This document shows positions 1 through 9,096 of a stretch of DNA of 64,000 bases, one piece after another. A model generated the notes under the pieces. The model did not search any database. It saw only the letters and a program-made list of their open reading frames with translations, and was not told where the DNA came from. Made by a program: the position numbers and the translations under genes. The stretch is from an uncultured Clostridia bacterium. Its GTDB lineage: Bacteria > Bacillota > Clostridia > Christensenellales > UBA1242. The stretch lies in assembly GCA_944384425.1 (NCBI GenBank), contig CALWTI010000001.1:9-64008 (forward strand), written 5' to 3'. Positions within the stretch are counted from its first letter, which is position 1. The number at the start of each line of letters is the position of its first letter.

Positions 1-96
1 CAAAACAGTCATTTAGGTAACTAAACTCCTGCTTTGGGGCATTTTGCGAGCCTCGCCTCACTTGTTTTTTTGACAGTCTAATTTTTAACTATTTTT

Positions 97-1269
97 TTAT
101 TTTTGTTCGGTATTTTTTTCTTGGTCTACATTTTGCTCAGGTTTTTGGTCAAGATACTTTATCCATGCTCTACGACGCTTATGTTGACGATGTTCAAAGT
201 GTTTCCATAGTTGAATGATATGTATATTATATTCAAGGTTTAAGTTTGTTTCACAAGTTTTTATTCCTGCCTTTATGAAACTTGAAAGCATCTCTCTAAT
301 AATAAGTGCAGGAACACCACGAGATTGCCATTGTGGTTTGACTGCAATAAGAGCAAGGTCAAGTTCGGTAGGATGTTTAACTGCTTTTAATAGTGGGAAT
401 ATGCTCTTTAAATTTAATCTTCCTTCATATTTATTGATAACTTCACTCAAAGATGGTATTCCAAAGCCAAAGGCAACTATTTCATCATTTTCATCAACAA
501 TGACGCTGATAAAGTCAAGACTTATAAAAAGCCTAAATTGGTCGATGATTTGCTTTCTCACCTTGTCTGTGTATGGCACAACTCCATAAAGTGGACCATA
601 CGCTTCGTCAAGCAAATGGAATATTCCTTTTTGATAACGTCTAATAAAGGCACCTTTTGAATGTTTTTCAACAGTTTTTAAATGATATTTTTTCATCACT
701 GCATCGGCAACGGCGTTTATCTTTGGATCTAATTGTTTTGGAATAGTTAGTTTGAACTCAACCCAGTCGGTGTCTTTTTGATAGCCACAATACTCCATGA
801 GGTCTTTGTAATATTCAAAATTATACGCCTCTTCAAATGTTGCAATTTCGTCAAACCCCTCAACGAGCATACCTTCACGGTCAAGGTCATTAAAGCCAAG
901 TGGACCATGGACAATATTCATACCTTTTTGTCTTGCCCATGCTTCAACACTGTCAAATAGTGCTTTTGCAACATCTTTGTCATTTATTGCGTCAAAGCGA
1001 GTAAATCTCACACGCTTTTCATTGACCTTTTGATTGTAAAGCCTTTGAATAATGCCAGCAATTCTGCCCACAAGTTCGCCGTCTTTATATGCCAAAAAAT
1101 ATATTGCTTCACAATCTTCAAACGACACATTTTTCTTAGGATTAAAAAGTTCAAGTTCACTTGTTCTTAGTGGGTGAACATATTGCTTAACGCCTTTATA
1201 TAATTTTGTTGGAAAGTCTACAAAAAGCTTTCTCTGTTTTGCTGTTTTTACTTCTTTAATTTCTATCAT
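97..1269 (-). CDS. GNAT-like N-acetyltransferase family protein (long form, 390 aa)
   Basis: Full-length ORF. Segments such as YFLAYKDGELVGRIAG and QSRGVPALIIREM resemble the acetyl-CoA-binding core of long GNAT-family proteins. Recognised by eye only. Confidence 0.5.
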   Translation of the reverse strand: MIEIKEVKTAKQRKLFVDFPTKLYKGVKQYVHPLRTSELELFNPKKNVSFEDCEAIYFLAYKDGELVGRIAGIIQRLYNQKVNEKRVRFTRFDAINDKDVAKALFDSVEAWARQKGMNIVHGPLGFNDLDREGMLVEGFDEIATFEEAYNFEYYKDLMEYCGYQKDTDWVEFKLTIPKQLDPKINAVADAVMKKYHLKTVEKHSKGAFIRRYQKGIFHLLDEAYGPLYGVVPYTDKVRKQIIDQFRLFISLDFISVIVDENDEIVAFGFGIPSLSEVINKYEGRLNLKSIFPLLKAVKHPTELDLALIAVKPQWQSRGVPALIIREMLSSFIKAGIKTCETNLNLEYNIHIIQLWKHFEHRQHKRRRAWIKYLDQKPEQNVDQEKNTEQK

Positions 1270-1310
1270 ACCCTAAATATATTACTTTTTGTTGACCAAG
1301 TCAACTATTT

Positions 1311-1604
1311 TCAAAAAACAATTCTCTGTCCTATATACATTTTTTTGCCCTTTGTCACCTCTTTGATTTTGTCCACGCTAACGCCAAGTGTATTAGCAAT
1401 TTTTTCATAAGTGTCGAGAGGTTTGACAACATACACATGCTCATAGGGCTTTGGTATTAAAATAACATCATTTGCTTGTATTTGTGAAATCTGATTTAGC
1501 GTTTTTAAACTATATTCGTCAACTTTAAATTTTCTGCAAATATCTGATATGTCTTCATTTTTTTTGACTTTATAAAATAAATTAGATTTTGTCGTAATTT
1601 GCAT
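1311..1604 (-). CDS. Small protein with two LysM-like peptidoglycan-binding repeats
   Basis: Two LysM-like units: FYKVKKNEDISDICRKFKVDEYSLKTLNQ..NDVILIP and YVVKPLDTYEKIANTLGVSVDKIKEV..YIGQRIVF. The start is moved to the ATG at 1604, which follows GGAGG with 8-nt spacing; the track start at 1619 contains that RBS. Confidence 0.6.
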   Translation of the reverse strand: MQITTKSNLFYKVKKNEDISDICRKFKVDEYSLKTLNQISQIQANDVILIPKPYEHVYVVKPLDTYEKIANTLGVSVDKIKEVTKGKKMYIGQRIVF

Positions 1605-1634
1605 AATTATCGCCTCCATAAAATAAGATATGAT

Positions 1635-3170
1635 ATGAAATCATTATTCAAAACTGTTTTTATCATCATGATATTTAGTGGTCTAACACGACTACTTGGA
1701 TTCATATTTCGCATTTGGCTTTCAAGAACAATTGGAGCTGAGGCGCTAGGCGTCTACCAGATAAGTTTTTCTGTGTTTATGGTACTTTTGACTTTGGTTT
1801 CAAGCGGGTTACCACTCATAGTGTCGCGTTTGACGGCAAAGTTCACAACAAACAAAGACAAAAAAACTGAAAACAAAATTGTGACAACTGCGCTTTTGCT
1901 TGCACTTTTTATTAGTGTTATCATCTCTGTTCTTGTCATTATTTTAAACAAGCCAATATCTCACATCTTTGCTGACGAAAACTGCATAATAATACTACTC
2001 GTACTTTTGCCTGCACTTGTGTTTTCAAGTATTTACAGCACACTAAGGGGCAACCTTTGGGGTAAAAACAACTATCTTGCCTGTTGTTCAAGCGAACTAT
2101 TTGAACAAGTTATGAGAATTGTGGTTTGTATGATTTTGCTCTCTGGACTGTTCCCAGCAATAACAGGAGAAATTGGCGCTGCACTTTCTTTAACAATTGC
2201 TTGCGTGCTATCATGCACATTTGTGCTTGTGTGGTATCTTAAAAGTGGTGGAAGGTTTAATAAGCCAGAAAAAGCTCAATATGTTGAAGTTTTGAAGACA
2301 AGTTCGCCAATCACATTTATGCGTGTGGCGTCAAGTTTGATTCAACCTGTCATTGCCCTTATCATCCCACTTCGCCTTGTTTCTGCTGGTTACACAAATG
2401 CGCAAGCACTTAGCCTTTATGGAATTGCATCAGGTATGACTTTGCCACTTCTGTTTATTCCAATGGCAATCATTGGTTCACTTTCGTTTGCTCTTGTCCC
2501 AGACCTTGCAAGCGCAAAGGCAAAGCACGACGAAAAATATATCTCTTCAAGAGTAACAACTTCAATAGTGTTTTCTATGTTCGTCGCCTTTTTAATTACT
2601 CCACTATTTATTGGAGTTGGCGAACAAATAGGCGTGTTCTTTTATGACAATGCAACAAGTGGAATACTTTTAAGCACTGCGGCATGGATAATAATTCCAC
2701 TATGCTTGACAAACATATCTTCATCAATATTAAACGCTGTTGGGCTTGAACTCAAATCTTTCAAAAATTACATACTCGGTGCAATCATTATGCTAGTTTG
2801 CATATGGTTTTTACCAAAATATGTTGGCATAAACTCTTTGATTTGGGCAATGGGTGGCTGTTTCACCACATCTGCAATACTAAACATCAGAATGCTAAAA
2901 AAACAAGTTTGTCCATCGCTCAGAATTGGAAAATATTTTATTAAATTCACTTTAATAACAATTCCTGTAATTGCACTATGTAGCTTTGTTGGTGGGCTTT
3001 TAAACTATGTTTTGCCGTTGTTTTTCAATCTCGCAATAACCTGCATTATAGGAGCAACATTCTTTGTGCTTTTGTGCCTTGTGTTTAACATATTTGAATT
3101 TCACACAGTACTTGTTTGGGTTAAGAGAAACAATCCAATAAAACTAACTAAACGCAATAAAAAAGTTTAA
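1635..3170 (+). CDS. MOP-superfamily polysaccharide/lipid-II flippase, SpoVB/MurJ-like (511 aa)
   Basis: Polytopic membrane protein. The N-terminus RLLGFIFRIWLSRTIGAEALGVYQISFSVF..GLPLIVSRLTAK is typical of SpoVB-type flippases. The track start at 1599 is a TTG; the first ATG (MKSLFK) is at 1635. Confidence 0.7.
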   Translation: MKSLFKTVFIIMIFSGLTRLLGFIFRIWLSRTIGAEALGVYQISFSVFMVLLTLVSSGLPLIVSRLTAKFTTNKDKKTENKIVTTALLLALFISVIISVLVIILNKPISHIFADENCIIILLVLLPALVFSSIYSTLRGNLWGKNNYLACCSSELFEQVMRIVVCMILLSGLFPAITGEIGAALSLTIACVLSCTFVLVWYLKSGGRFNKPEKAQYVEVLKTSSPITFMRVASSLIQPVIALIIPLRLVSAGYTNAQALSLYGIASGMTLPLLFIPMAIIGSLSFALVPDLASAKAKHDEKYISSRVTTSIVFSMFVAFLITPLFIGVGEQIGVFFYDNATSGILLSTAAWIIIPLCLTNISSSILNAVGLELKSFKNYILGAIIMLVCIWFLPKYVGINSLIWAMGGCFTTSAILNIRMLKKQVCPSLRIGKYFIKFTLITIPVIALCSFVGGLLNYVLPLFFNLAITCIIGATFFVLLCLVFNIFEFHTVLVWVKRNNPIKLTKRNKKV

Positions 3171-3198
3171 AAATTCAAAAAAATGCAATAATTTTTGT

Positions 3199-3903
3199 AT
3201 GCTAACTCTAATTATTAGGTCAATAATCATATATTTTGTTGTGCTTGTTGTGTTTAGACTTATGGGCAAAAGACAACTTGGACAAATGCAACCTTTTGAA
3301 CTTGTGCTGACACTCATACTTGCAGACCTTGCAACAATACCTATGGCAGAGATGAGTGTACCACTTCTTCACGGCATTGTTCCTCTTCTCGCACTTTTGG
3401 TCATTCACTACATTATCACCATACTTTCAAAACACTTTCCAAAATTTAGTGAAGTTTTTAGTGGCAAGCCTGTGATTGTCATCAACCAAAATGGCATAGA
3501 CTACAAAGCAGTGCAAAAACTCAACTTGTCAATAGATGATATTATGGAGTCACTTCGTGGCGCAGGATATTTCAGTCCTGACGAAGTGCTTTTTGCAATT
3601 ATGGAAACAAACGGGAAAATCAGCGTTTTACCAAAGGCAAGCGCTTCGCCAGTAACTCGTGAAGATATGAACATTAAAAGTGAAGAAAATTCAATGCCTG
3701 TCACTATAATAAGTGAAGGAAAAATAATAAAAGATAACTTTCAGCAAATAAAAATCAGCCAAAATAAAATTATGGAATTTGTAAACTCGCTTGGTGTAAA
3801 GCAAAAAAAAATACTCATTTTAACACTTGATAACAATGGCAAAGTGTATTTTCAAGAAATGCATAAAAGAGCAAAGACAATAAATACTAATTTAAAAGGA
3901 TAA
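3199..3903 (+). CDS. DUF421 (YetF/YdfS-like) membrane protein
   Basis: The N-terminus IIIYFVVLVVFRLMGKRQLGQMQPFELVLTLILADLA is the hallmark of the DUF421/YetF family. It is followed by its usual DUF4363 partner gene. Confidence 0.75.
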   Translation: MLTLIIRSIIIYFVVLVVFRLMGKRQLGQMQPFELVLTLILADLATIPMAEMSVPLLHGIVPLLALLVIHYIITILSKHFPKFSEVFSGKPVIVINQNGIDYKAVQKLNLSIDDIMESLRGAGYFSPDEVLFAIMETNGKISVLPKASASPVTREDMNIKSEENSMPVTIISEGKIIKDNFQQIKISQNKIMEFVNSLGVKQKKILILTLDNNGKVYFQEMHKRAKTINTNLKG

Positions 3904-3905
3904 AT

Positions 3906-4295
3906 ATGAAAAAATTTATTACAATTGTTATTGTTGTATTGATTTTAGCTTTTGGAGCGGTGTTTGAACAAATAACAATAAACAACTATCTTGATGAAAT
4001 TCAAGATATGACTTATGAGCTTATGACACTAACCAAAGGAAGTGAAAACATCCAAACAGAAGAAATTGCCGAAAAAGTGTCAATTCTCAAAAAAACTTGG
4101 ATACATCACGAAAATGTACTTTGCACTTTTGCAAACCATAAAGATATGCGTGATTTGTGCATAGAAATCCAAAAACTTGAAGGAAACATTGAAGTCAATC
4201 AATACGAAGATTTTACTGCAAGTTTGAAAGTCATTTATCACCTTGCCGACGACTATCACAAAATTATGGGCACAAGTTGGCAAAATATATTTTAA
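3906..4295 (+). CDS. DUF4363-like small membrane-anchored protein
   Basis: 129 aa with an N-terminal TM (MKKFITIVIVVLILAFGAV). It starts 2 nt after the DUF421 gene, and this pairing is common in Clostridia. Family assignment is from memory. Confidence 0.5.
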   Translation: MKKFITIVIVVLILAFGAVFEQITINNYLDEIQDMTYELMTLTKGSENIQTEEIAEKVSILKKTWIHHENVLCTFANHKDMRDLCIEIQKLEGNIEVNQYEDFTASLKVIYHLADDYHKIMGTSWQNIF

Positions 4296-4312
4296 AATCA
4301 TATAATTTTTAT

Positions 4313-4786
4313 ATGTATGATAGACTAAGTGCCACTATGTATGCAAAAAAATGGTGGAATAAAAGAAATCCAAAATTTTATAATTTTGACGAACTTGGTG
4401 GCGACTGCACGAACTTTGTTTCTCAATGCCTTTATGCAGGTGGTGTTCAAATGGACTTTTCGCCACTTGGCTGGTACTATAACAGTTTAAACAGTCGCTC
4501 GCCTGCTTTTAGCGGAGTTGAACAACTATTCAACTATTGTGTATCAAACAAAAAAGATGTTGGCCCAAGGGGCAAGCCTGTGACAATTGACGAACTTGAA
4601 GTTGGCGACATTGTTCAGCTGTGTCAACGAAAGCCAGTATTCAACCACTGCCTACTTATAACAAAGATTGAAAAGACGCCGACACTAGAAACAATATTTG
4701 TCACCTGCCACACAAACGACGCACACGACAAAGCACTGTCTGACTACTTTTTCACTAAAATAAGATTTTTGAAAATTTTAAACTAA
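4313..4786 (+). CDS. Putative amidase-domain protein (cysteine peptidase-like)
   Basis: YDRLSATMYAKKWWNKRNPKFYNFDELGGDCTNFVSQCLYAGG matches the putative amidase domain signature (GGDCTNFVSQC). The track start at 4277 is a TTG overlapping the upstream gene; the ATG at 4313 is preferred. Confidence 0.6.
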   Translation: MYDRLSATMYAKKWWNKRNPKFYNFDELGGDCTNFVSQCLYAGGVQMDFSPLGWYYNSLNSRSPAFSGVEQLFNYCVSNKKDVGPRGKPVTIDELEVGDIVQLCQRKPVFNHCLLITKIEKTPTLETIFVTCHTNDAHDKALSDYFFTKIRFLKILN

Positions 4787-4799
4787 TACGAAAAAAGTG

Positions 4800-4828
4800 T
4801 TGACAAAAAAAATGTGTTTTGATAGTAT
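4800..4828 (+). promoter_or_regulatory. Sigma-A-type promoter for tRNA-Asn
   Basis: TTGACA (4800-4805), 17-nt spacer, TGa-TAGTAT extended -10 (4820-4828). It sits about 20 nt upstream of the tRNA. Confidence 0.55.
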
Positions 4829-4847
4829 TATATTGTTTACGAAATTT

Positions 4848-4922
4848 GCCTCGTTAGCTCAGTGGTAGAGCAACCGGCTGTTAACCGGTAGGTCGTCTGT
4901 TCGAGCCAGACACGTGGCGCCA
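4848..4922 (+). tRNA. tRNA-Asn (anticodon GTT), CCA encoded
   Basis: Manual cloverleaf: acceptor gcctcgt/acgtggc (one T4:T69 mismatch), D arm gctc-agtggta-gagc, anticodon arm accgg-ctGTTaa-ccggt, T arm gtctg-ttcgagc-cagac, discriminator g, then cca. Confidence 0.9.
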
Positions 4923-4925
4923 TGG

Positions 4926-4950
4926 TCATGGGCTTGCCCATGATTTTTTT
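4926..4950 (+). terminator. Rho-independent terminator after tRNA-Asn
   Basis: Hairpin tcatggg-cttg-cccatga followed by T7. Confidence 0.7.
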
Positions 4951-5008
4951 ATTTGTATCTTTAAATATTGTTTTATCTTTCGTATATTAAAAGCGGAGGT
5001 AAAAAAAT

Positions 5009-5947
5009 ATGAAATTAAATAATTGGCTTGAAATTTGGACAAAACAATTAAAACACAACATAAAACAAAGGAGCTTTAATTCATACCAGGACATAATAAA
5101 CAATCATATACGCCCTTGTCTTGGCAAATACGAGCTTGAAGAGTTATCACCAAAAATTTTGCAACAGTTTGTTTTTTATTTGCAAGAAAATGGAAATAAT
5201 AAAACCCATGGACCACTATCGCCAAATAGTGTCATCTTGATTGTTACAATACTAAAACAAGCAATAAAAGATGCAAATTTATATGAAATAACATCAAAAA
5301 ACTGTACAAATTTAATAAAATTACCATCAATTGATGATGGACATATTTCTGCATTTGAAAAATGGGAACAACAAAAAATTGAAAAATATTGCCTAGAAAA
5401 CAAAAGAACTAATTATGTAGGAATAATAATTTGTCTTTATACTGGCCTTAGAATTGGCGAACTTTTGGCGCTGACTTGGAAAGATATTGACTTTGAAAAC
5501 AACATCATGTGCATATCAAAATCGGCATATCAAGCAAAAGTTGACGGCAAAACAAAGATAATGGTCGACACGCCCAAAACAAAAACATCAAATAGAGTAA
5601 TTCCAATTTCAAAGCAACTTGCGTCAATTTTAAAGAAAAAAAAGAAAAAAAGTACATCTAATTATGTTATTTCAACAAAGTTTAACACAATGGTTGGAAC
5701 ACGCTCATATCAAAAAACTTTTGAAAGTATATTAAAAAAACTAAATATTGCTAAAAAAAACTTTCATTCATTAAGGCACACCTTCGCAACTCGTGCTCTT
5801 GAATTTGGCATTGATGTCAAAACCGTTTCGGAAATTTTGGGACACAAAGATGCGACTATAACGCTAAAAAGATACACTCACTCACTAATGTCACACAAGC
5901 GAACAATGATGAATAAGTTTGGAAAACTTTTAAACTGCAATTTATAA
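5009..5947 (+). CDS. Tyrosine recombinase / phage-type site-specific integrase (312 aa)
   Basis: N-terminal SAM-like domain. Catalytic elements are GLRIGELLALTWKDID (Arg), HSLRHTFAT (H-x-x-R) and LGHKDATITLKRYTH (His and the Tyr nucleophile). RBS GGAGG lies upstream. The gene starts 86 bp downstream of the tRNA-Asn 3' end. Confidence 0.85.
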   Translation: MKLNNWLEIWTKQLKHNIKQRSFNSYQDIINNHIRPCLGKYELEELSPKILQQFVFYLQENGNNKTHGPLSPNSVILIVTILKQAIKDANLYEITSKNCTNLIKLPSIDDGHISAFEKWEQQKIEKYCLENKRTNYVGIIICLYTGLRIGELLALTWKDIDFENNIMCISKSAYQAKVDGKTKIMVDTPKTKTSNRVIPISKQLASILKKKKKKSTSNYVISTKFNTMVGTRSYQKTFESILKKLNIAKKNFHSLRHTFATRALEFGIDVKTVSEILGHKDATITLKRYTHSLMSHKRTMMNKFGKLLNCNL

Positions 5948-7258
5948 ATTTTGGTCTATCTCATTGACTTTTTGTTCAAGCAGTTGTGCGTACTTTTTTG
6001 CCAAAATTTCGTCTTTGCCCATAACCATAATTCTGATGACATTTTCTGTACCAGATTTTCGCACAAGTATGCTTAGTTTATCACCACAAAGCGTTTCTAT
6101 ATCTTTTATAAAATTAGCTAAATTTTTATCGTTTATGACTGCGTATTTGTCTTTAACGGGACAATTTATGCAAATTTGAGGATAAATTTCAACATTAGCA
6201 AGCTCAGAAAACTTTTTTTGAGACAATTTCAATATTTCAGCAAGTTTCACAGCACACAAAATACCGTCGCCAGTTTGTAAATAGTCTGACATTATTATAT
6301 GCCCTGACTTCTCTCCACCCAAAACTGCACCACTTTTTAACATTTCTTCAATGACATATTTATCACCAATGTCTGCAAGTTTTATATCGATTTTATTGTC
6401 CTTCAATGCGTTTTGAATGCCAAGGTTTGTGAGCTTTGTGCCAACAACCAAATTGTTTCTCAAAATATTATACTGTTTGAAATAATTTGCAATAACATAA
6501 ATGATTTTATCACCATCAACTTCTTCGCCATTTTCATCAACTGCAATAATTCTATCGCTATCACCATCAAAAGCAAAGCCTACATCTGCTTTGTTGTTTT
6601 TTACTGTTATTTTTAATTTGGTCACATCTGTTGCTCCGCACCTGACATTTATTTTGCTCCCATCAGGTGAGCCATTTATTATCAATACCTTTGCTCCAAG
6701 ACGCTTAAATATTTTTGGTGCAATATCTGTGCTTGCCCCATGACAACAATCAAGTACTATTTTAAGCTTACTTAGGTCGCATTTTATGCTTTTTTTCAAA
6801 AAATTTATGTATTTTTGCTTCAATTTTGGCAATTTTTTATATTTCCCAAGTTGCATAACATCTTTGCGAATATAATCACCAATATAATTTTCAAGACGCT
6901 CTTCATACTCGTCGCCAAGCTTTTGACCATTTCCATTAAAGATTTTTATTCCGTTGTGAGTTGGTGGATTGTGCGAAGCAGTGATAACAATACCAAAGTC
7001 ATAACGCAAACTTTTTGCAAGATATGCAACTGTCGCTGATGGACATATGTCCACATCAACAACTGTTGCACCGCCCAAAATTGCCCCCAAACAAAATGCA
7101 AGTGTGATATAATCTCCACTCACTCTTGTATCTTTTCCCAAAATTATTTTTGGACTATCTTTTAACCTGCAAAGTGCATTCCCGCAATCAAAGGCAACTT
7201 TGTGGTCAATATTTTTAAACACTTCTCCTCTGATTCCGTCAGTGCCAAAATACTTCAT
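5942..7258 (-). CDS. glmM: Phosphoglucosamine mutase
   Basis: MKYFGTDGIRGEV N-terminus, active-site TASHNPPTHNGIKIF, and FDGDSDR Mg-binding loop. Confidence 0.9.
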   Translation of the reverse strand: MKYFGTDGIRGEVFKNIDHKVAFDCGNALCRLKDSPKIILGKDTRVSGDYITLAFCLGAILGGATVVDVDICPSATVAYLAKSLRYDFGIVITASHNPPTHNGIKIFNGNGQKLGDEYEERLENYIGDYIRKDVMQLGKYKKLPKLKQKYINFLKKSIKCDLSKLKIVLDCCHGASTDIAPKIFKRLGAKVLIINGSPDGSKINVRCGATDVTKLKITVKNNKADVGFAFDGDSDRIIAVDENGEEVDGDKIIYVIANYFKQYNILRNNLVVGTKLTNLGIQNALKDNKIDIKLADIGDKYVIEEMLKSGAVLGGEKSGHIIMSDYLQTGDGILCAVKLAEILKLSQKKFSELANVEIYPQICINCPVKDKYAVINDKNLANFIKDIETLCGDKLSILVRKSGTENVIRIMVMGKDEILAKKYAQLLEQKVNEIDQNL

Positions 7259-7860
7259 ATGTCCTCCTTTAAGTATTTGTATGCCCTTTTTGGTTTTATC
7301 GTCTCTTTTTCACGAGCGATGACAAAATCACCTTTTTCTGTATTTTTTGTCAAAGTACTACCAGCGCAAATATATGTTTCGTCAGCAACTTCAACTGGTG
7401 CTATTAAGTTTGTGTTGCTACCAATAAAACAATTTTTCCCAACTTTTGTGGTATATTTCTTTTTGCCGTCATAGTTCGCAAAAATAACTCCGCAACCCAC
7501 ATTTGTATTTTCCCCTACTTGTGCATCGCCTATGTATGCCAAATGGCTTGCCTTTGTACCACTGTGCAATATTGCGTTTTTTATCTCAACAAAATTTCCC
7601 ACCTTGCAATTATCACAAACTTTTGCCTTTGGTCTTAGTCTTGCAAATGGGCCAACCTTAACATTTTCGCCAATTTCACATTTTTGTAAGTTACTGTTAC
7701 TTATTTCGCAATTTTTTCCAATAATCGAATCTTCTATGTAGTTAAAAGGATAAATTATTGTGTTGTCACCAATCACAGTATTCCCTTTTATGACATTGAA
7801 TGGGTGTATTATCACATTTTTACCAATCACCACACTTTTGTCTATAATAGCAAACTCCAT
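7255..7860 (-). CDS. glmU: Left-handed beta-helix acetyltransferase equivalent to the C-terminal (GlcN-1-P acetyltransferase) half of GlmU; no uridyltransferase domain
   Basis: GPFARLRP..VGNFVEIKN..GTKASHLAYIGDAQVGENTNVGCGVIFANYDGKKKYTTKVG..FIGSNTNLIAPV is collinear with the GlmU LbH domain. The ATG at 7860 follows AAGGAG. The stop overlaps the glmM start (ATGA). Confidence 0.7.
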   Translation of the reverse strand: MEFAIIDKSVVIGKNVIIHPFNVIKGNTVIGDNTIIYPFNYIEDSIIGKNCEISNSNLQKCEIGENVKVGPFARLRPKAKVCDNCKVGNFVEIKNAILHSGTKASHLAYIGDAQVGENTNVGCGVIFANYDGKKKYTTKVGKNCFIGSNTNLIAPVEVADETYICAGSTLTKNTEKGDFVIAREKETIKPKRAYKYLKEDI

Positions 7861-7892
7861 TTTTGCTCCTTGATTTTTATTTATGAAAAATA

Positions 7893-7921
7893 TTGACATA
7901 TTGTTAAACTTCGTTTAAACT
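7893..7921 (+). promoter_or_regulatory. Sigma-A-type promoter for the NUDIX gene
   Basis: TTGACA (7893-7898), 17 nt, TAAACT (7916-7921). RBS AAGGAG lies before the ATG at 7957. Confidence 0.5.
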
Positions 7922-7956
7922 GCAAAACGTGAAAATAATTTAAAAGGAGAAATGTT

Positions 7957-8448
7957 ATGAAAGATTTAGCTATTAAAATTGACGATTACAAATTCAACTT
8001 CAGAGTTTGTGCTTTAATTGAAAACAAGGGGCGATATTTACTTTCAAAAAACAAAAATGATGACTTTTTCAATATGCCTGGGGGCAGAGTCCATGCTGGA
8101 GAAAATACGCATGATGCAGTTATTCGAGAATTAAGAGAAGAATTAGATGTTGATTTTAGCAATTACAATTTGCATCTTTTGAAAGTTGCCGAAGAGTTCT
8201 TTACATTTGCCGATACTACTTATCACGAAATTGATTTTGTTTATTACATAAAACTTAAAGATGACCATAGACTATGCAAAGCAAATGAAATTCAAAACAA
8301 AGACAACACTGACGAAACTTGCGTTTGGATAAAAAAGAAAGATTTGCATAATTACAAAATATTGCCAGAATTTATTTATGATATCAAAGGTTCAAAACAT
8401 ATTTCTCATTTAATATTTGATAAAATAAACAATAAAAAATATGAATAA
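7957..8448 (+). CDS. NUDIX hydrolase
   Basis: Nudix box GGRVHAGENTHDAVIRELREELDV (GX5EX7REUXEEXGU pattern). Confidence 0.85.
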   Translation: MKDLAIKIDDYKFNFRVCALIENKGRYLLSKNKNDDFFNMPGGRVHAGENTHDAVIRELREELDVDFSNYNLHLLKVAEEFFTFADTTYHEIDFVYYIKLKDDHRLCKANEIQNKDNTDETCVWIKKKDLHNYKILPEFIYDIKGSKHISHLIFDKINNKKYE

Positions 8449-8495
8449 ATATATTTTTTAAAAGAATATGTTATAATACTTACAAGAAGATAAAA

Positions 8496-8870
8496 ATGAA
8501 TGAAAATATAAAAGATATTTTTAATAGATTAAAAAATTCAAAATTCAGAAATTCATTTAGTTTAAAGCAAAAAGATTTTGATTACATAAATAAAGTTGGC
8601 ATTGATAAAATCAAAGAGCATTGTCTTGACTTTGTGACAAAGCGTCTAAAAGACCCTAGTCAATTTGCAGATGGCAAACAAACACCATTTAAAGGTCATC
8701 CTGTCTTTATTGCCCAGCATGCAACTGCAACTTGTTGTCGAGGGTGTTTATGTAAATGGCATAAAATAGAGAAAACTCATATTTTAAGTGAAAAAGAAAT
8801 AGCTTACATTTGTTCAATAATCATAAGCTGGATAAAAGTAGAAATTCAAAAGTACAAAATAGAGCAATAA
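8496..8870 (+). CDS. DUF4186-like protein
   Basis: GHPVFIAQHATATCCRGCLCKWHKI is the conserved core I associate with DUF4186. Assignment is from memory. Confidence 0.55.
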   Translation: MNENIKDIFNRLKNSKFRNSFSLKQKDFDYINKVGIDKIKEHCLDFVTKRLKDPSQFADGKQTPFKGHPVFIAQHATATCCRGCLCKWHKIEKTHILSEKEIAYICSIIISWIKVEIQKYKIEQ

Positions 8871-8877
8871 AAAAACT

Positions 8878-8910
8878 TAAAAAGTCAGACTTTTTTTGTC
8901 TGACTTTTTT
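8878..8910. terminator. Bidirectional rho-independent terminator
   Basis: aaaagtcagac-ttttttt-gtctgactttt hairpin flanked by A and T runs. Confidence 0.65.
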
Positions 8911-9010
8911 GTTCTGTGAAACAAAGAATAAATTTAGTAAATAAAAAAATTAAAATAAAAAAAATCCAATAAAGCAGACAAAAAATTTCACTTTAAAGGA
9001 TTTTTGTGTT

Positions 9011-9086
9011 TGGAGCTAACGAGCAGATTCGAACTGCCGACCTCGCGCTTACCAAGCGCGTGCGCTACCTACTGCGCCACGTTAGC
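9011..9086 (-). tRNA. tRNA-Thr (anticodon GGT), CCA encoded
   Basis: The reverse complement folds as acceptor gctaacg/cgttagc, D arm gcgc-agtaggta-gcgc, anticodon arm cgcgc-ttGGTaa-gcgcg, T arm ggcag-ttcgaat-ctgct, then t-cca. Confidence 0.9.
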
Positions 9087-9096
9087 AAACAAATTG

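Noticed and set aside
215-960. Plus-strand ORFs 215-589 and 778-960 opposite the GNAT-like gene
   Set aside because: They are antisense to a full-length conserved-looking CDS, and their translations have no features.
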